NCBI GenBank assembly: GCA_045644145.1
Contig: JAZRGK010000080.1
Span: 65,407 to 129,406, forward strand
DNA from: Candidatus Flemingiibacterium sp.
Lineage (GTDB): Bacteria; Bacillota; Clostridia; Oscillospirales; CAG-272
Direction: 5' to 3'
Length of the DNA: 64,000 nucleotides
Below, piece after piece: positions 1-8,781 of this stretch; position 1 is the stretch's first letter; every line of letters starts with the position of its first letter. Under the pieces are notes generated by a model. That model saw only the letters and a list, made by a program, of their open reading frames with translations, was not told where the DNA came from and searched no databases. Position numbers and translations under genes: made by a program.

Positions 1-78
1 ACATATTGGTTAAAACAAAGAAGCAGGAGTCGCTGCGGAGAACTTCCGGGGTGACTTCTGCTTCTTTGCTTGAATAGT

Positions 79-122
79 AAATAATATACGCACACAGCCG
101 TGGCTGTGTGCGTATATTATTT
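79..122. terminator. Perfect long palindrome (bidirectional intrinsic terminator) immediately downstream of the hom stop
   Basis: The arms aataatatacgcacacagc / gctgtgtgcgtatattatt pair perfectly around a 4-nt loop. A second hairpin (caaagaagcag...ctgcttctttg) lies at 16-68. Confidence 0.7.
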
Positions 123-133
123 CATAATGTATA

Positions 134-1327
134 TTACAGAACACGCATTGCTGTGAATTTTTCGCTGAGTGTTACACCGATCTCCGTAAGACTTACTTCG
201 CCTGTGATTACTGCGTAGCAGTCCTCGCTGTCCTCGATAACCTCGGCATCCAGCATGCATAGACAGTGATTCGGCTTTTTGTCGAAACGGAGATACCATC
301 TTGATTTCAGTCTGTCGGCAGGGAGAATCTCGTCATCCGAAAGACGTTCCCAAACGGGCGTATTATGGGTGGGATGGGAAATGAATGTAGCGATTTCGAT
401 AATGTCGGAAACAACAGCACTCGCTGTAGGAAGCTTGCCTGCGCCGCGACCGTAGAACATCACATCGCCGATAGCGTTTCCGTTAACGAGAACGCCGTTG
501 TATACATCACCGATTCCGGAAAGAGGATTGGAGCGGCGAACCAGTGTGGGAGCTACGCATGCGCTGATCTTGTCGCCAACACGCACTGCCTTACCAATAA
601 GCTTGATGGATGCTCCGAATTTCGCCGCATTTGCCACGTCGCGGAGTGTTACGCCGCGGATGCCTTCGGTCTGCACCTTTTCAGGGGGCATAAGCTTGCC
701 GAATGCCATAGCAGAAAGAATCGCGGTCTTGCGGCAGGTGTCGATTCCGTCAACGTCTGCGGAAGAATCGCGCTCTGCATAGCCTTTTTCCTGAGCCTCG
801 GCAAGTGCGGTGGAGAAGTCCTTGTTCTCGTTTATCATCTGAGTAAGGATATAGTTTGTAGTACCGTTTAATATACCGTTAACCTCGGATATATCGTTTG
901 CGGTAAGACAGTTGCCTATTGGATGTATTACCGGTATGCCGCCGCCAACGCTGGCTTCAAAGAGATAACGGACGTTGTTTTCTGCGGCGATCTTGAGAAG
1001 CTCAGGACCGAATGTTGCCACTACCTCTTTATTTGAGGTAACAACGCTCTTTCCTGCCTTCATTGCCGCCGATGAAAACTCAAACGCCGGGTGAGAACCG
1101 CCCATAAGCTCAGCACAGATCTTTACCTCAGGGTCGTTTAATATAACATTCACATCGTGGACTATTTTATCCTCGAAAGGGTTTCCGGGGAAGTCGCGGA
1201 GATCAAGAATATACTTTATATTGATGTCATCGCCTACACGCTCAGAGATGAGCTTGGCGTTTTGGGTAAGAACCTCGGCAGTACCGCTTCCAACAACGCC
1301 GAAGCCGAAAATTGCTACATTTATCAT
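134..1327 (-). CDS. hom: Homoserine dehydrogenase
   Basis: 397-aa ORF. It has an N-terminal Rossmann motif (FGFGVVGSG), a conserved catalytic core (NGILNGTTNYILT, AEAQEKGYAE.D...DV.G.D) and a C-terminal ACT-like region. Confidence 0.9.
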   Translation of the reverse strand: MINVAIFGFGVVGSGTAEVLTQNAKLISERVGDDINIKYILDLRDFPGNPFEDKIVHDVNVILNDPEVKICAELMGGSHPAFEFSSAAMKAGKSVVTSNKEVVATFGPELLKIAAENNVRYLFEASVGGGIPVIHPIGNCLTANDISEVNGILNGTTNYILTQMINENKDFSTALAEAQEKGYAERDSSADVDGIDTCRKTAILSAMAFGKLMPPEKVQTEGIRGVTLRDVANAAKFGASIKLIGKAVRVGDKISACVAPTLVRRSNPLSGIGDVYNGVLVNGNAIGDVMFYGRGAGKLPTASAVVSDIIEIATFISHPTHNTPVWERLSDDEILPADRLKSRWYLRFDKKPNHCLCMLDAEVIEDSEDCYAVITGEVSLTEIGVTLSEKFTAMRVL

Positions 1328-1415
1328 TGTCGTATTCCTTTTTGTAAAATTAAATATAGTCTATTGTATCACAAAGCTTGCTTTAATGCAACAGAAAATG
1401 AGTGTTTTTGAAAAA

Positions 1416-2843
1416 TCAACTGAAATAGCGCAGAATTGTTTTGATTACGGAATAATTATCATCAAACGGCGGATAACGCAGAGGATTCAGGTCTAGGCTT
1501 GTAGCTTTGAGCACCGAGGACACGGTACTGAATGTATCAAAGCCTGCCTTGCCGTGGTAACGTCCCATGCCGCTCTCTCCAACGCCGCCTATAGGCAGAT
1601 TGGGGTTCGCCATCTGAATAAGTGTGTCATTTACACATCCGCATCCGTAGTCAAGGTTTACCATTACATTTCTCTGCATAGCGCGGCTTCTTGTGAAGAG
1701 ATAGAGCGCAAGAGGCTTGGGACGCTTGCGGATAGTGTTGATTACCACATTTACATCGCTGAACTCAAACACAGGAAGGATGGGACCGAAAATCTCCTCG
1801 GAGAGCAGTTTGCTGTCCATGTCGATTTCTTCCATCAGCGTAAGCGCGATCCTGCCGGTTTTTTCGTTGGCTTCGCCGCCCATGATAACCTTGCCGTCAT
1901 CAATATACGCGCGCAGGCGGTCAAAGTGCATGCGGTTGACTATACGGGGATAGTAATTGTTTTCGCAGGGCGCTTCAGTACAGTATTTGTCGTGGTATTC
2001 CTTTATATAGCCGAGAAGCTCATCCTTAACCGAGCTTTCCACGAAAAGGTAGTCGGGCGCGATATTAGTCTGACCGGCATTTATAAGCTTACCGCATACG
2101 ATGCGGCGTGCCGCAAGACGAAGATTTGCGGTCTTATCTACGATGCAGGGGCTTTTTCCGCCAAGCTCCAGCACAACGGGAGTAAGCTGAGCCGCCGCCG
2201 CTTTCATTACTATGCGCGCCACAGCCGAGCCTCCGGTATAGAACACCATCCCGAACGGCTCGCGTCTGATTGCCTTGATAGCCTCAAAGCTGTCGGTGTA
2301 TGCCGCAATATATTCGCGATCGAAGTATTTGTAAATAAGCTCGTACAGCAGGCGGCTTGTGTTTGGCGCATGCTCGGAAAGCTTCAGTATTGTACAGTTG
2401 CCGGCGGCGATTGAAGAGATGAGCGGTATCATCGCCATCTGGAACGGATAGTTCCAAGGGCAGAAGATCATTACAAGCCCACGGGGATGGGGAATCTTAC
2501 TGCTGGTTGAGGGGAACATATAGAATGGGGTGGGCACACTTCTCGGAGCGCTCCATGCGCGCAGATGGCGTATGGCGTGGTTTATCTCCTGCTCCACCAT
2601 GCCGATTTCTGTGAGATACCCCTCACCGTAGGATTTGCCGAGATCGGCGCGAAGTGCTTCCAGAATAAGCCCTTCGTTGTCTTTTATCATTATTTTTAAG
2701 TTTATAAGGAGCTGACGGCGGAATTTAATATCGCGCGTCTTGCCGGTAGCGAAAAAATCACGCTGAGCGGTTATGATTTCGCGGAGATCTGCCGCAATTT
2801 CATTTACGTCAGAGAGCTTACCTTTTTTATTGTTGTCCTGCAT
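1416..2843 (-). CDS. NAD(P)-dependent aldehyde dehydrogenase (class-3-like)
   Basis: The ORF 1416-2882 was trimmed to the ATG at 2843, which is preceded by GGAGGG. ALDH signatures are present: VVLELGGKSPCIV, EEIFGPILPV, FYTGGSAVAR. Confidence 0.85.
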   Translation of the reverse strand: MQDNNKKGKLSDVNEIAADLREIITAQRDFFATGKTRDIKFRRQLLINLKIMIKDNEGLILEALRADLGKSYGEGYLTEIGMVEQEINHAIRHLRAWSAPRSVPTPFYMFPSTSSKIPHPRGLVMIFCPWNYPFQMAMIPLISSIAAGNCTILKLSEHAPNTSRLLYELIYKYFDREYIAAYTDSFEAIKAIRREPFGMVFYTGGSAVARIVMKAAAAQLTPVVLELGGKSPCIVDKTANLRLAARRIVCGKLINAGQTNIAPDYLFVESSVKDELLGYIKEYHDKYCTEAPCENNYYPRIVNRMHFDRLRAYIDDGKVIMGGEANEKTGRIALTLMEEIDMDSKLLSEEIFGPILPVFEFSDVNVVINTIRKRPKPLALYLFTRSRAMQRNVMVNLDYGCGCVNDTLIQMANPNLPIGGVGESGMGRYHGKAGFDTFSTVSSVLKATSLDLNPLRYPPFDDNYSVIKTILRYFS

Positions 2844-3154
2844 ACTTATTGACCCTCCGATATGATTAAGATACTTATACACAATATATTATACACTATA
2901 AATTGTTAATAAAGCAACCCCCAAAGTAATATTTATTTGGAAAAATGTGCGAAATTTTATATATGAGGGTGGGCTTTGGCTTAACAAGGTGTCTATGTGC
3001 GAAATATTTTACTTAGGATTTGAATTCCCTTGACTTTCCGAAGACACCAAATACAATATCTTGCGGTATAATTATTATAAACCTCGCCTTATGGGGGCGA
3101 GGAACAAATTTTTTGACTTACATAGCATAATGAAGTAAAGAGAGGGTAAAAAGT

Positions 3155-4897
3155 ATGACAATTTTTGATGTGCTTACCATGATAGGCGGACTGTGTCTGT
3201 TCCTTTTTGGTATGAATGTAATGGGTGATGGGCTTGAGCGCCGTGCCGGAAACGGACTTAAGGCGCTGCTTGGAAAGCTCACCGGCAGTAAGCTCAAGGG
3301 CTTTTTAACAGGGCTTGGTGTTACGGCAGTAATTCAGAGTTCCTCAGCAACCACGGTAATGGTGGTTGGCTTTGTAAACTCCAAAATAATGACTCTGAAG
3401 CAGTCCATCGGCGTTATCATGGGTGCCAATATCGGTACTACCGTAACGGCGTGGATACTCAGCCTTGGCGGAATTTCCAGCGATAACATATTTGTAAAGC
3501 TGCTTAAGCCTACATCGTTCACTCCTGTGCTTGCCCTTATAGGCACAGCGCTTTTGATGTTCTCCAAATCCTCAAAGAAGAAGGATGTGGGAACAATACT
3601 TCTCGGATTTGCAACGCTTATGTTCGGTATGGATACAATGTCCTCTGCCGTATCCGGACTTGCTGATGTTCCTGCGTTCCAGAATATGTTCCTTATGTTC
3701 AAGAATCCTATCCTCGGCGTGCTTGTAGGTGCAGTGCTTACCGGTATCATCCAATCAAGCTCGGCATCAGTTGGTATTTTGCAGGCACTTTCCGCAACCG
3801 GTGCGGTATCCTATGGTGCGGCAGTACCGATCATAATGGGTCAGAATATTGGTACATGCGTGACCGCACTGCTTTCATCTGTAGGAACAAACAAGAACGC
3901 AAGACGTGCGGCGGTTATACATCTTTCCTTTAATGTTATAGGAACCGTTATATGGCTCAGCGTATTCAGTATTGTATCTGCGGTGTTCAGTCCTGCAATA
4001 CTTGATATGTCCGCAAGCTATCTCGGTATTGCCGTGGCACATTCGGCGTTCAATATACTGTGTACCGCACTTTTACTTCCCATGTCCTCTGTGCTTGAGA
4101 AAATCGCATATAAAATCGTTCCCGATGGCAGCGAGGGCGAAAAGACCGTTGAGCTTGATGACAGACTTCTTGCTACACCTACAATTGCACTTGCCGAGAG
4201 CAATGCGATTGCCTGCAAAATGGCACGGTTGGCTGTTGAGGGATTTGAAGAAAGCCTTTCTCTTGTTGCGGTGTATGATTCCGCAGCGGCAGATAAGATA
4301 CGCGAGCTTGAAGATAAGACCGACCATTACGAGGATGTACTCGGCACATATTTAACCAAGATATCCAGTCACCAGCTTGGCGATGAGGAGAGTACGCAGA
4401 TATCTAAGCTTCTTAAAGCTATAGGTGACTTTGAGCGAATTTCCGACCACAGCGTGAATATTCTTGAATCGGTTGAAGAACTCAGAGAGAAGGGAATTGA
4501 ATTTTCTGAGGGAGCCAAAAAGGAGCTTGGTATACTTTGCTCTGCACTCTCCGAGATACTCAGCATGACCCTTACCGCATTTGAAAACAATGATATTGAT
4601 TTAGCATATCATGTTGAGCCCCTTGAACAGGTTATAGACAGACTTAAGGAAAAGCTCAGGGATAGCCATATAATCAGACTCAGAAACGGTGACTGCACGG
4701 TTGAAGCAGGATTTATCTGGGCTGACCTTCTCACAAATCTCGGCAGAACCTCGGACCATTGCTCCAATGTAGCAGGCTGTATTATAGATGCTAAGAACAG
4801 CAATATGAATCTGCATGAATCCCTCAGAGAAATAAAGTCTGCGGATTCCGGATTCAAGGAACATTACGAAAATTACGCCGCAAAATATCTTTCATAA
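3155..4897 (+). CDS. Na/Pi-cotransporter family protein with C-terminal PhoU-like domain
   Basis: 580 aa. The N-terminal half is multi-TM with duplicated QSSSATTVM / QSSSASVGI motifs. The C-terminal half is helical and PhoU-like. An RBS (gagagggt) lies upstream. Confidence 0.85.
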   Translation: MTIFDVLTMIGGLCLFLFGMNVMGDGLERRAGNGLKALLGKLTGSKLKGFLTGLGVTAVIQSSSATTVMVVGFVNSKIMTLKQSIGVIMGANIGTTVTAWILSLGGISSDNIFVKLLKPTSFTPVLALIGTALLMFSKSSKKKDVGTILLGFATLMFGMDTMSSAVSGLADVPAFQNMFLMFKNPILGVLVGAVLTGIIQSSSASVGILQALSATGAVSYGAAVPIIMGQNIGTCVTALLSSVGTNKNARRAAVIHLSFNVIGTVIWLSVFSIVSAVFSPAILDMSASYLGIAVAHSAFNILCTALLLPMSSVLEKIAYKIVPDGSEGEKTVELDDRLLATPTIALAESNAIACKMARLAVEGFEESLSLVAVYDSAAADKIRELEDKTDHYEDVLGTYLTKISSHQLGDEESTQISKLLKAIGDFERISDHSVNILESVEELREKGIEFSEGAKKELGILCSALSEILSMTLTAFENNDIDLAYHVEPLEQVIDRLKEKLRDSHIIRLRNGDCTVEAGFIWADLLTNLGRTSDHCSNVAGCIIDAKNSNMNLHESLREIKSADSGFKEHYENYAAKYLS

Positions 4898-4945
4898 AAA
4901 ACAACCACAAATCACGGCGCGAAAAGTATTTTTCACGCTAAACTC

Positions 4946-4974
4946 TTGACAAAGCGTTTTTTCGGGTGTATAAT
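4946..4974 (+). promoter_or_regulatory. Consensus sigma-A promoter driving the thrS leader
   Basis: TTGACA (4946-4951), a 17-nt spacer, then TATAAT (4969-4974), all read directly. Confidence 0.75.
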
Positions 4975-4989
4975 GTATTGTACAAAGCC

Positions 4990-5250
4990 GAACGGATATG
5001 CTCGTTTGTGTGCGTTTTCAGAGAGGGGCGCGTTGCTGAGAGTGCCCTAACGCCTGTACGGGTCTGTAACCGCCGTTCAGCAGAATATTCTGCATAGGCT
5101 CCGCGCAGGAAATGGCGCGGCGGGTGACTCCGTTATACGTCGGTGCGTTGTGTGACGCTGACAGAGTGAAAAGATCGGGTGGAACCGTGAAGAATTTCTT
5201 CACCCCGAAGGTATGATTTTATTATTATGCCTCGGGGTGTTTTTATATCC
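4990..5250 (+). promoter_or_regulatory. T-box riboswitch leader (tRNA-Thr responsive) with terminator/antiterminator
   Basis: AGAGA element at about 5019. T-box core tcGGGTGGaACCGtG at about 5176-5189. Terminator hairpin caccccgaagg...cctcggggtg followed by TTTTT (5201-5245), directly upstream of thrS. Candidate ACC specifier at 5069-5071. Confidence 0.75.
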
Positions 5251-5281
5251 CCGAGAAAAACGAAAGGAATGGTATTTTACA

Positions 5282-7216
5282 ATGTTCAAAGTAAAGTTTG
5301 AAGGCGTCGAGGCTATGGAATTCGATGCCCCCATCACAGTTTACGAGGCGGCAAAGTCAAAGGAGCTTACCGACCGCTCATCCCTTGCGGCGCTTGTTAA
5401 CGGAAATGTTGTCGCACTTTCCTACGAGCTTTCCGAAGATGCTGATGTGAAGATCCTCACCTTTGCCGATGCTGAAGGGAAGCATGTTTTCTGGCATACC
5501 GCTTCCCACATTCTTGCGCAGGCGGTAAAGCGCCTTTATCCTGCGGCAAAGCTTACTATCGGCCCCGCAATCGAAACGGGCTTCTACTACGACATCGACA
5601 GCGAAGTTGCATTTACTCCCGATATTCTTGCAAATATCGAGGCTGAAATGCAGAAGATCGTTAAGGAAAATCTCCTTATCGAGCGCTTTACTCTCCCGAG
5701 AGATGAGGCTATCAAGCTTATGACGGAAAAGGACGAGCCTTACAAGGTTCAGCTTATCGAGGAGCTTCCCGAGGGCGAGGAGATCTCCTTCTATAAGCAG
5801 GGCGATTTCACCGACCTTTGCGCAGGTCCACACATTTTCTCCACCGGCGCTGTAAAGGCGCTTAAGCTTATTCAGTGCACCGGCGCATATTGGAAGGGCG
5901 ATCAGGCAAATAAGCAGCTTCAGCGTGTTTACGGCGTGGCGTTCCCCTCTAAGGATATGCTCAAGGAGCACCTCGCACAGGTTGAGGAAGCCAAGAAGCG
6001 CGACCACAACAAGCTTGGACGCGAGCTTGAGCTGTTTACAACCGTTGATTCCATCGGTCAGGGACTACCGATCATGCTTCCCAAGGGCGCTCGTATCATT
6101 CAGCTTCTTCAGAGATGGATCGAGGATGAGGAGCAGAAGCGCGGCTATCTTCTCACCAAGACTCCGCTTATGGCTAAATCCGACCTTTACAAGATCTCAG
6201 GCCACTGGGGTCACTACAAGGAAGGCATGTTCGTTCTCGGCGACGAGGAAAAGGACAAGGAAGTGTTCGCACTCCGTCCTATGACCTGCCCATTCCAGTA
6301 TCAGGTATTCTTAAACCGTCAGCGTTCCTACCGTGACCTTCCCATGCGCCTTGGCGAAACATCTACGCTTTTCCGCAACGAGGACAGCGGTGAGATGCAC
6401 GGTCTTATCAGAGTACGTCAGTTCACCATCTCCGAGGGACACCTCATTCTCCGTCCTGAACAGCTTGAGGAAGAATTCAAGGGATGCGTTGAGCTTGCAA
6501 AGTATACTCTTGATACTCTCGGTCTTAGCGAGGATGTATCCTACCGTTTCTCCCAGTGGGATCCTAACAACCGCGACAAGTACGAGGGCACCGACGAGCA
6601 GTGGGCTGAGGCTCAGGATGCAATGAAGAAGATTCTCGACAATCTTGGCATCAAGTACGCTATCGGTATTGGAGAGGCGGCATTCTACGGCCCTAAGCTC
6701 GATATTCAGATCAAGAATGTACACGGTAAGGAAGACACCCTCATAACCATTCAGATCGACCAGCTTCTCGCTGAGCGGTTCGGTATGGAATATATTGATG
6801 TTGACGGTCAGAAGCGCCGTCCGTACATCATCCACAGAACCTCTGTCGGATGCTATGAGCGCACACTTGCGCTGCTTATCGAAAAGTACGCAGGTGCGTT
6901 CCCCACATGGCTTGCTCCCACTCAGATCGCGATCCTGCCCATCGGCTTCGATCAGCACGAGTATGCGGAAGCGCTCAACGCTAAGCTTGAGGCGGCAGGA
7001 ATCCGCACATTCCTTGACGAGCGCAACGAGAAGATCGGTTATAAGATCCGCTCGGCACAGCTCGAAAAGATCCCCTACATGCTGGTTATCGGCGACAACG
7101 AGAAGAACGCAGGTACTGTTGCGGTACGTTCCCGCAAGGACGGCGACCTCGGCGTAATGACTCAGGATGAGTTCCTCGGCAAGGTTCTTACCGAAATTGC
7201 AACAAAGGCAAGATAA
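5282..7216 (+). CDS. thrS: Threonine--tRNA ligase
   Basis: The ORF was trimmed to the ATG at 5282 (MFKVKFEG), which lies after the T-box terminator. TGS-like N-terminus, editing-domain motif HTASHILAQAV, class-II catalytic core and a C-terminal anticodon-binding domain. Confidence 0.95.
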   Translation: MFKVKFEGVEAMEFDAPITVYEAAKSKELTDRSSLAALVNGNVVALSYELSEDADVKILTFADAEGKHVFWHTASHILAQAVKRLYPAAKLTIGPAIETGFYYDIDSEVAFTPDILANIEAEMQKIVKENLLIERFTLPRDEAIKLMTEKDEPYKVQLIEELPEGEEISFYKQGDFTDLCAGPHIFSTGAVKALKLIQCTGAYWKGDQANKQLQRVYGVAFPSKDMLKEHLAQVEEAKKRDHNKLGRELELFTTVDSIGQGLPIMLPKGARIIQLLQRWIEDEEQKRGYLLTKTPLMAKSDLYKISGHWGHYKEGMFVLGDEEKDKEVFALRPMTCPFQYQVFLNRQRSYRDLPMRLGETSTLFRNEDSGEMHGLIRVRQFTISEGHLILRPEQLEEEFKGCVELAKYTLDTLGLSEDVSYRFSQWDPNNRDKYEGTDEQWAEAQDAMKKILDNLGIKYAIGIGEAAFYGPKLDIQIKNVHGKEDTLITIQIDQLLAERFGMEYIDVDGQKRRPYIIHRTSVGCYERTLALLIEKYAGAFPTWLAPTQIAILPIGFDQHEYAEALNAKLEAAGIRTFLDERNEKIGYKIRSAQLEKIPYMLVIGDNEKNAGTVAVRSRKDGDLGVMTQDEFLGKVLTEIATKAR

Positions 7217-7223
7217 GTTCTCT

Positions 7224-7260
7224 CCCGAGGCGGTTTTGAACCGCCTCGGGAATTACTTTT
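7224..7260 (+). terminator. Intrinsic terminator after thrS
   Basis: cccgaggcgg / ccgcctcggg stem followed by a T-rich tract. Confidence 0.7.
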
Positions 7261-7363
7261 GTATGCATTTATTTGGAAAAAGCGGAAATTTTATTTTTTT
7301 TCAAAAAGCTATTGACAAACTGATTCTGTTGTGATATAATATTGTCCGTTGAAAAGATATCGT

Positions 7364-7437
7364 TGGGGATTTGTGTAACGGTAGCACGACAGACTCTGAC
7401 TCTGTTTGTGGGGGTTCGAACCCCTCATCCCCAGCCA
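7364..7437 (+). tRNA. tRNA-Gln(CUG): tRNA-Gln, anticodon CUG, CCA encoded
   Basis: The 74-nt cloverleaf was folded by eye. The acceptor TGGGGAT pairs with ATCCCCA. The anticodon arm is acaga-CTCTGAC-tctgt, with U33 before and A37 after CTG. The T-arm is GGGGTTCGAACCCC, followed by discriminator G and CCA. Confidence 0.85.
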
Positions 7438-7438
7438 G

Positions 7439-7473
7439 AAAAACTCCATCTTGCAAGCAAGATGGAGTTTTTC
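7439..7473 (+). terminator. Intrinsic terminator after tRNA-Gln
   Basis: aaactccatcttgc / gcaagatggagttt stem followed by TTTTT. Confidence 0.8.
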
Positions 7474-7477
7474 AGTT

Positions 7478-7640
7478 ATATTCGCCTGCGGCGAGTTATA
7501 TGCACAAGTGCGTGATATTGCCTTTGGCAGTGGTATGCGCTTCGCGCGCTTGGAGTGACATGGCGAATATAATATCACTGTCAAACAATATCACTTTTGC
7601 GGGCGAAAATATCACGCTGATCACAAGCGAAGCATATCAC
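7478..7640. repeat. Non-coding cluster of ATATCAC boxes flanked by an 11-bp inverted repeat
   Basis: ATATCAC occurs in direct orientation at 7572, 7588, 7609 and 7634, and inverted (GTGATAT) at 7512. The inverted repeat is ttatattcgcc (7478-7488) / ggcgaatataa (7562-7572). Confidence 0.5.
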
Positions 7641-7726
7641 TAAAACCGCAAGGGTTCAAATCTCTGATACAAAATCGAGAAAGCATCTTTTTTCAATGAA
7701 ATATAATAAAAAACTGTGCGTGAAAA

Positions 7727-8605
7727 TCAGCGCACAGTTTTTTCGTATTCCTTCGGGGTTTTGCCCATATAATTTTTGAAGGCTGACAAAAAGCCGTTGT
7801 ATGAGGTATATCCGCAGAGGTATGAAATTTCGGTCAGTGTTAAGTCATTCTGCTTTATCAGCATACAAGCGTGCTCAATGCGTTGTTTTATAAGGGTTTT
7901 TTTGAAACCCTCGGCAAAAAACTTTTTTACAATTCTATGAGCATGTGGGACTGATATGCACAGTTCTTTTGCCAAGTCCTCAATGCTTATTTCTTCATTG
8001 TATCTGTTTTGGAAAAATTGTTCTACGATCTTCCTTTGATTGAAGCTGTTTTCGTTTTCCGAAATTTCAGGCACGGTTTGCTCCTTGTAGGGAAGATGGT
8101 GCTCTTTGATGCGTTTTGCCAGCGTTATAAAAAATACGGACAGCAAAGCGCGGTAAATATGTTCATTTTCCCTCGAAAATTCCTCTGCCAGAAGTTCTCT
8201 TGCGATAGATAACAGCGCGGCATCGTTTATAATGAAATACTCGCTGACGGATTTAAAAATGTTGCTGTAATACATATATTCCGAAAAGCTTTTCGCTTTT
8301 TTTACATGGCTGTAGTTTTGCCTCAGGCTGAACATAAAGTTTGTTTTTTCAAGCGTGTCGCTGTACTTTTTTGGATAATGGCTTGAACTGGGTGCAAGCA
8401 GGCAAATATCCCCTTCGTTTATATGTGCATTTTTTCCGTCAATTTCAATGAGCGCATTTCCGTTAAGTATTATGTGAATTTCGCTGTCCACATGGAAATG
8501 GGTAGTATCCTGCCAGCGGTTTGAGGGGCCGGACTTCAAAGAATCGATATCAACAGTGAATAAAGCATCGCCAAGCGGTATTTCAAACTTATGCACGGTA
8601 ACCAC
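7727..8605 (-). CDS. AraC-family transcriptional regulator (cupin sensor + HTH)
   Basis: 292 aa. The N-terminus is cupin-like. The C-terminus carries the dual AraC HTH (LAKELCISVPHAHRIVKK ... GYTSYNGFLSAFKNYMGKTPKEY). It is divergent from the aminotransferase gene. Confidence 0.85.
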   Translation of the reverse strand: MVTVHKFEIPLGDALFTVDIDSLKSGPSNRWQDTTHFHVDSEIHIILNGNALIEIDGKNAHINEGDICLLAPSSSHYPKKYSDTLEKTNFMFSLRQNYSHVKKAKSFSEYMYYSNIFKSVSEYFIINDAALLSIARELLAEEFSRENEHIYRALLSVFFITLAKRIKEHHLPYKEQTVPEISENENSFNQRKIVEQFFQNRYNEEISIEDLAKELCISVPHAHRIVKKFFAEGFKKTLIKQRIEHACMLIKQNDLTLTEISYLCGYTSYNGFLSAFKNYMGKTPKEYEKTVR

Positions 8606-8781
8606 ACTCCTTTTCTTAAATTATATCAGAGTTCCGGCTGAAAAGCAATATAAATCCAAAAAATCGATCATTTTTTTGCAAAAAAACAAGCAAAATGTTC
8701 GTTGTAATATTCCCGAATTTTTTATATAATTTTTATGTAATGAATTTTATCCCAGTAAAAATATTTTAAGGAGAGTATGTT

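Noticed and set aside
1554-2414. 286-aa forward ORF inside the aldehyde dehydrogenase gene.
   Set aside because: It is antisense to a well-supported ALDH reading frame (ELGGKSP and EEIFGP motifs). It has no RBS and odd composition.
5018-5203. 61-aa reverse ORF upstream of thrS.
   Set aside because: It lies entirely within the T-box leader RNA, which explains the conservation-like structure of the region. It has no RBS.
7309-7643. ORFs of 91 aa (reverse) and 90 aa (forward) overlapping the tRNA-Gln locus.
   Set aside because: They run through a tRNA gene and its terminator. The region is better explained as RNA gene plus non-coding repeat sequence.
7645-7670. The tRNA-like string agggttcaaatctct, suggesting a second tRNA or a tRNA fragment.
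   Set aside because: Only a degenerate T-arm is present. No acceptor, D or anticodon arms can be folded around it. At most it is a relic, and it is mentioned under the repeat finding.
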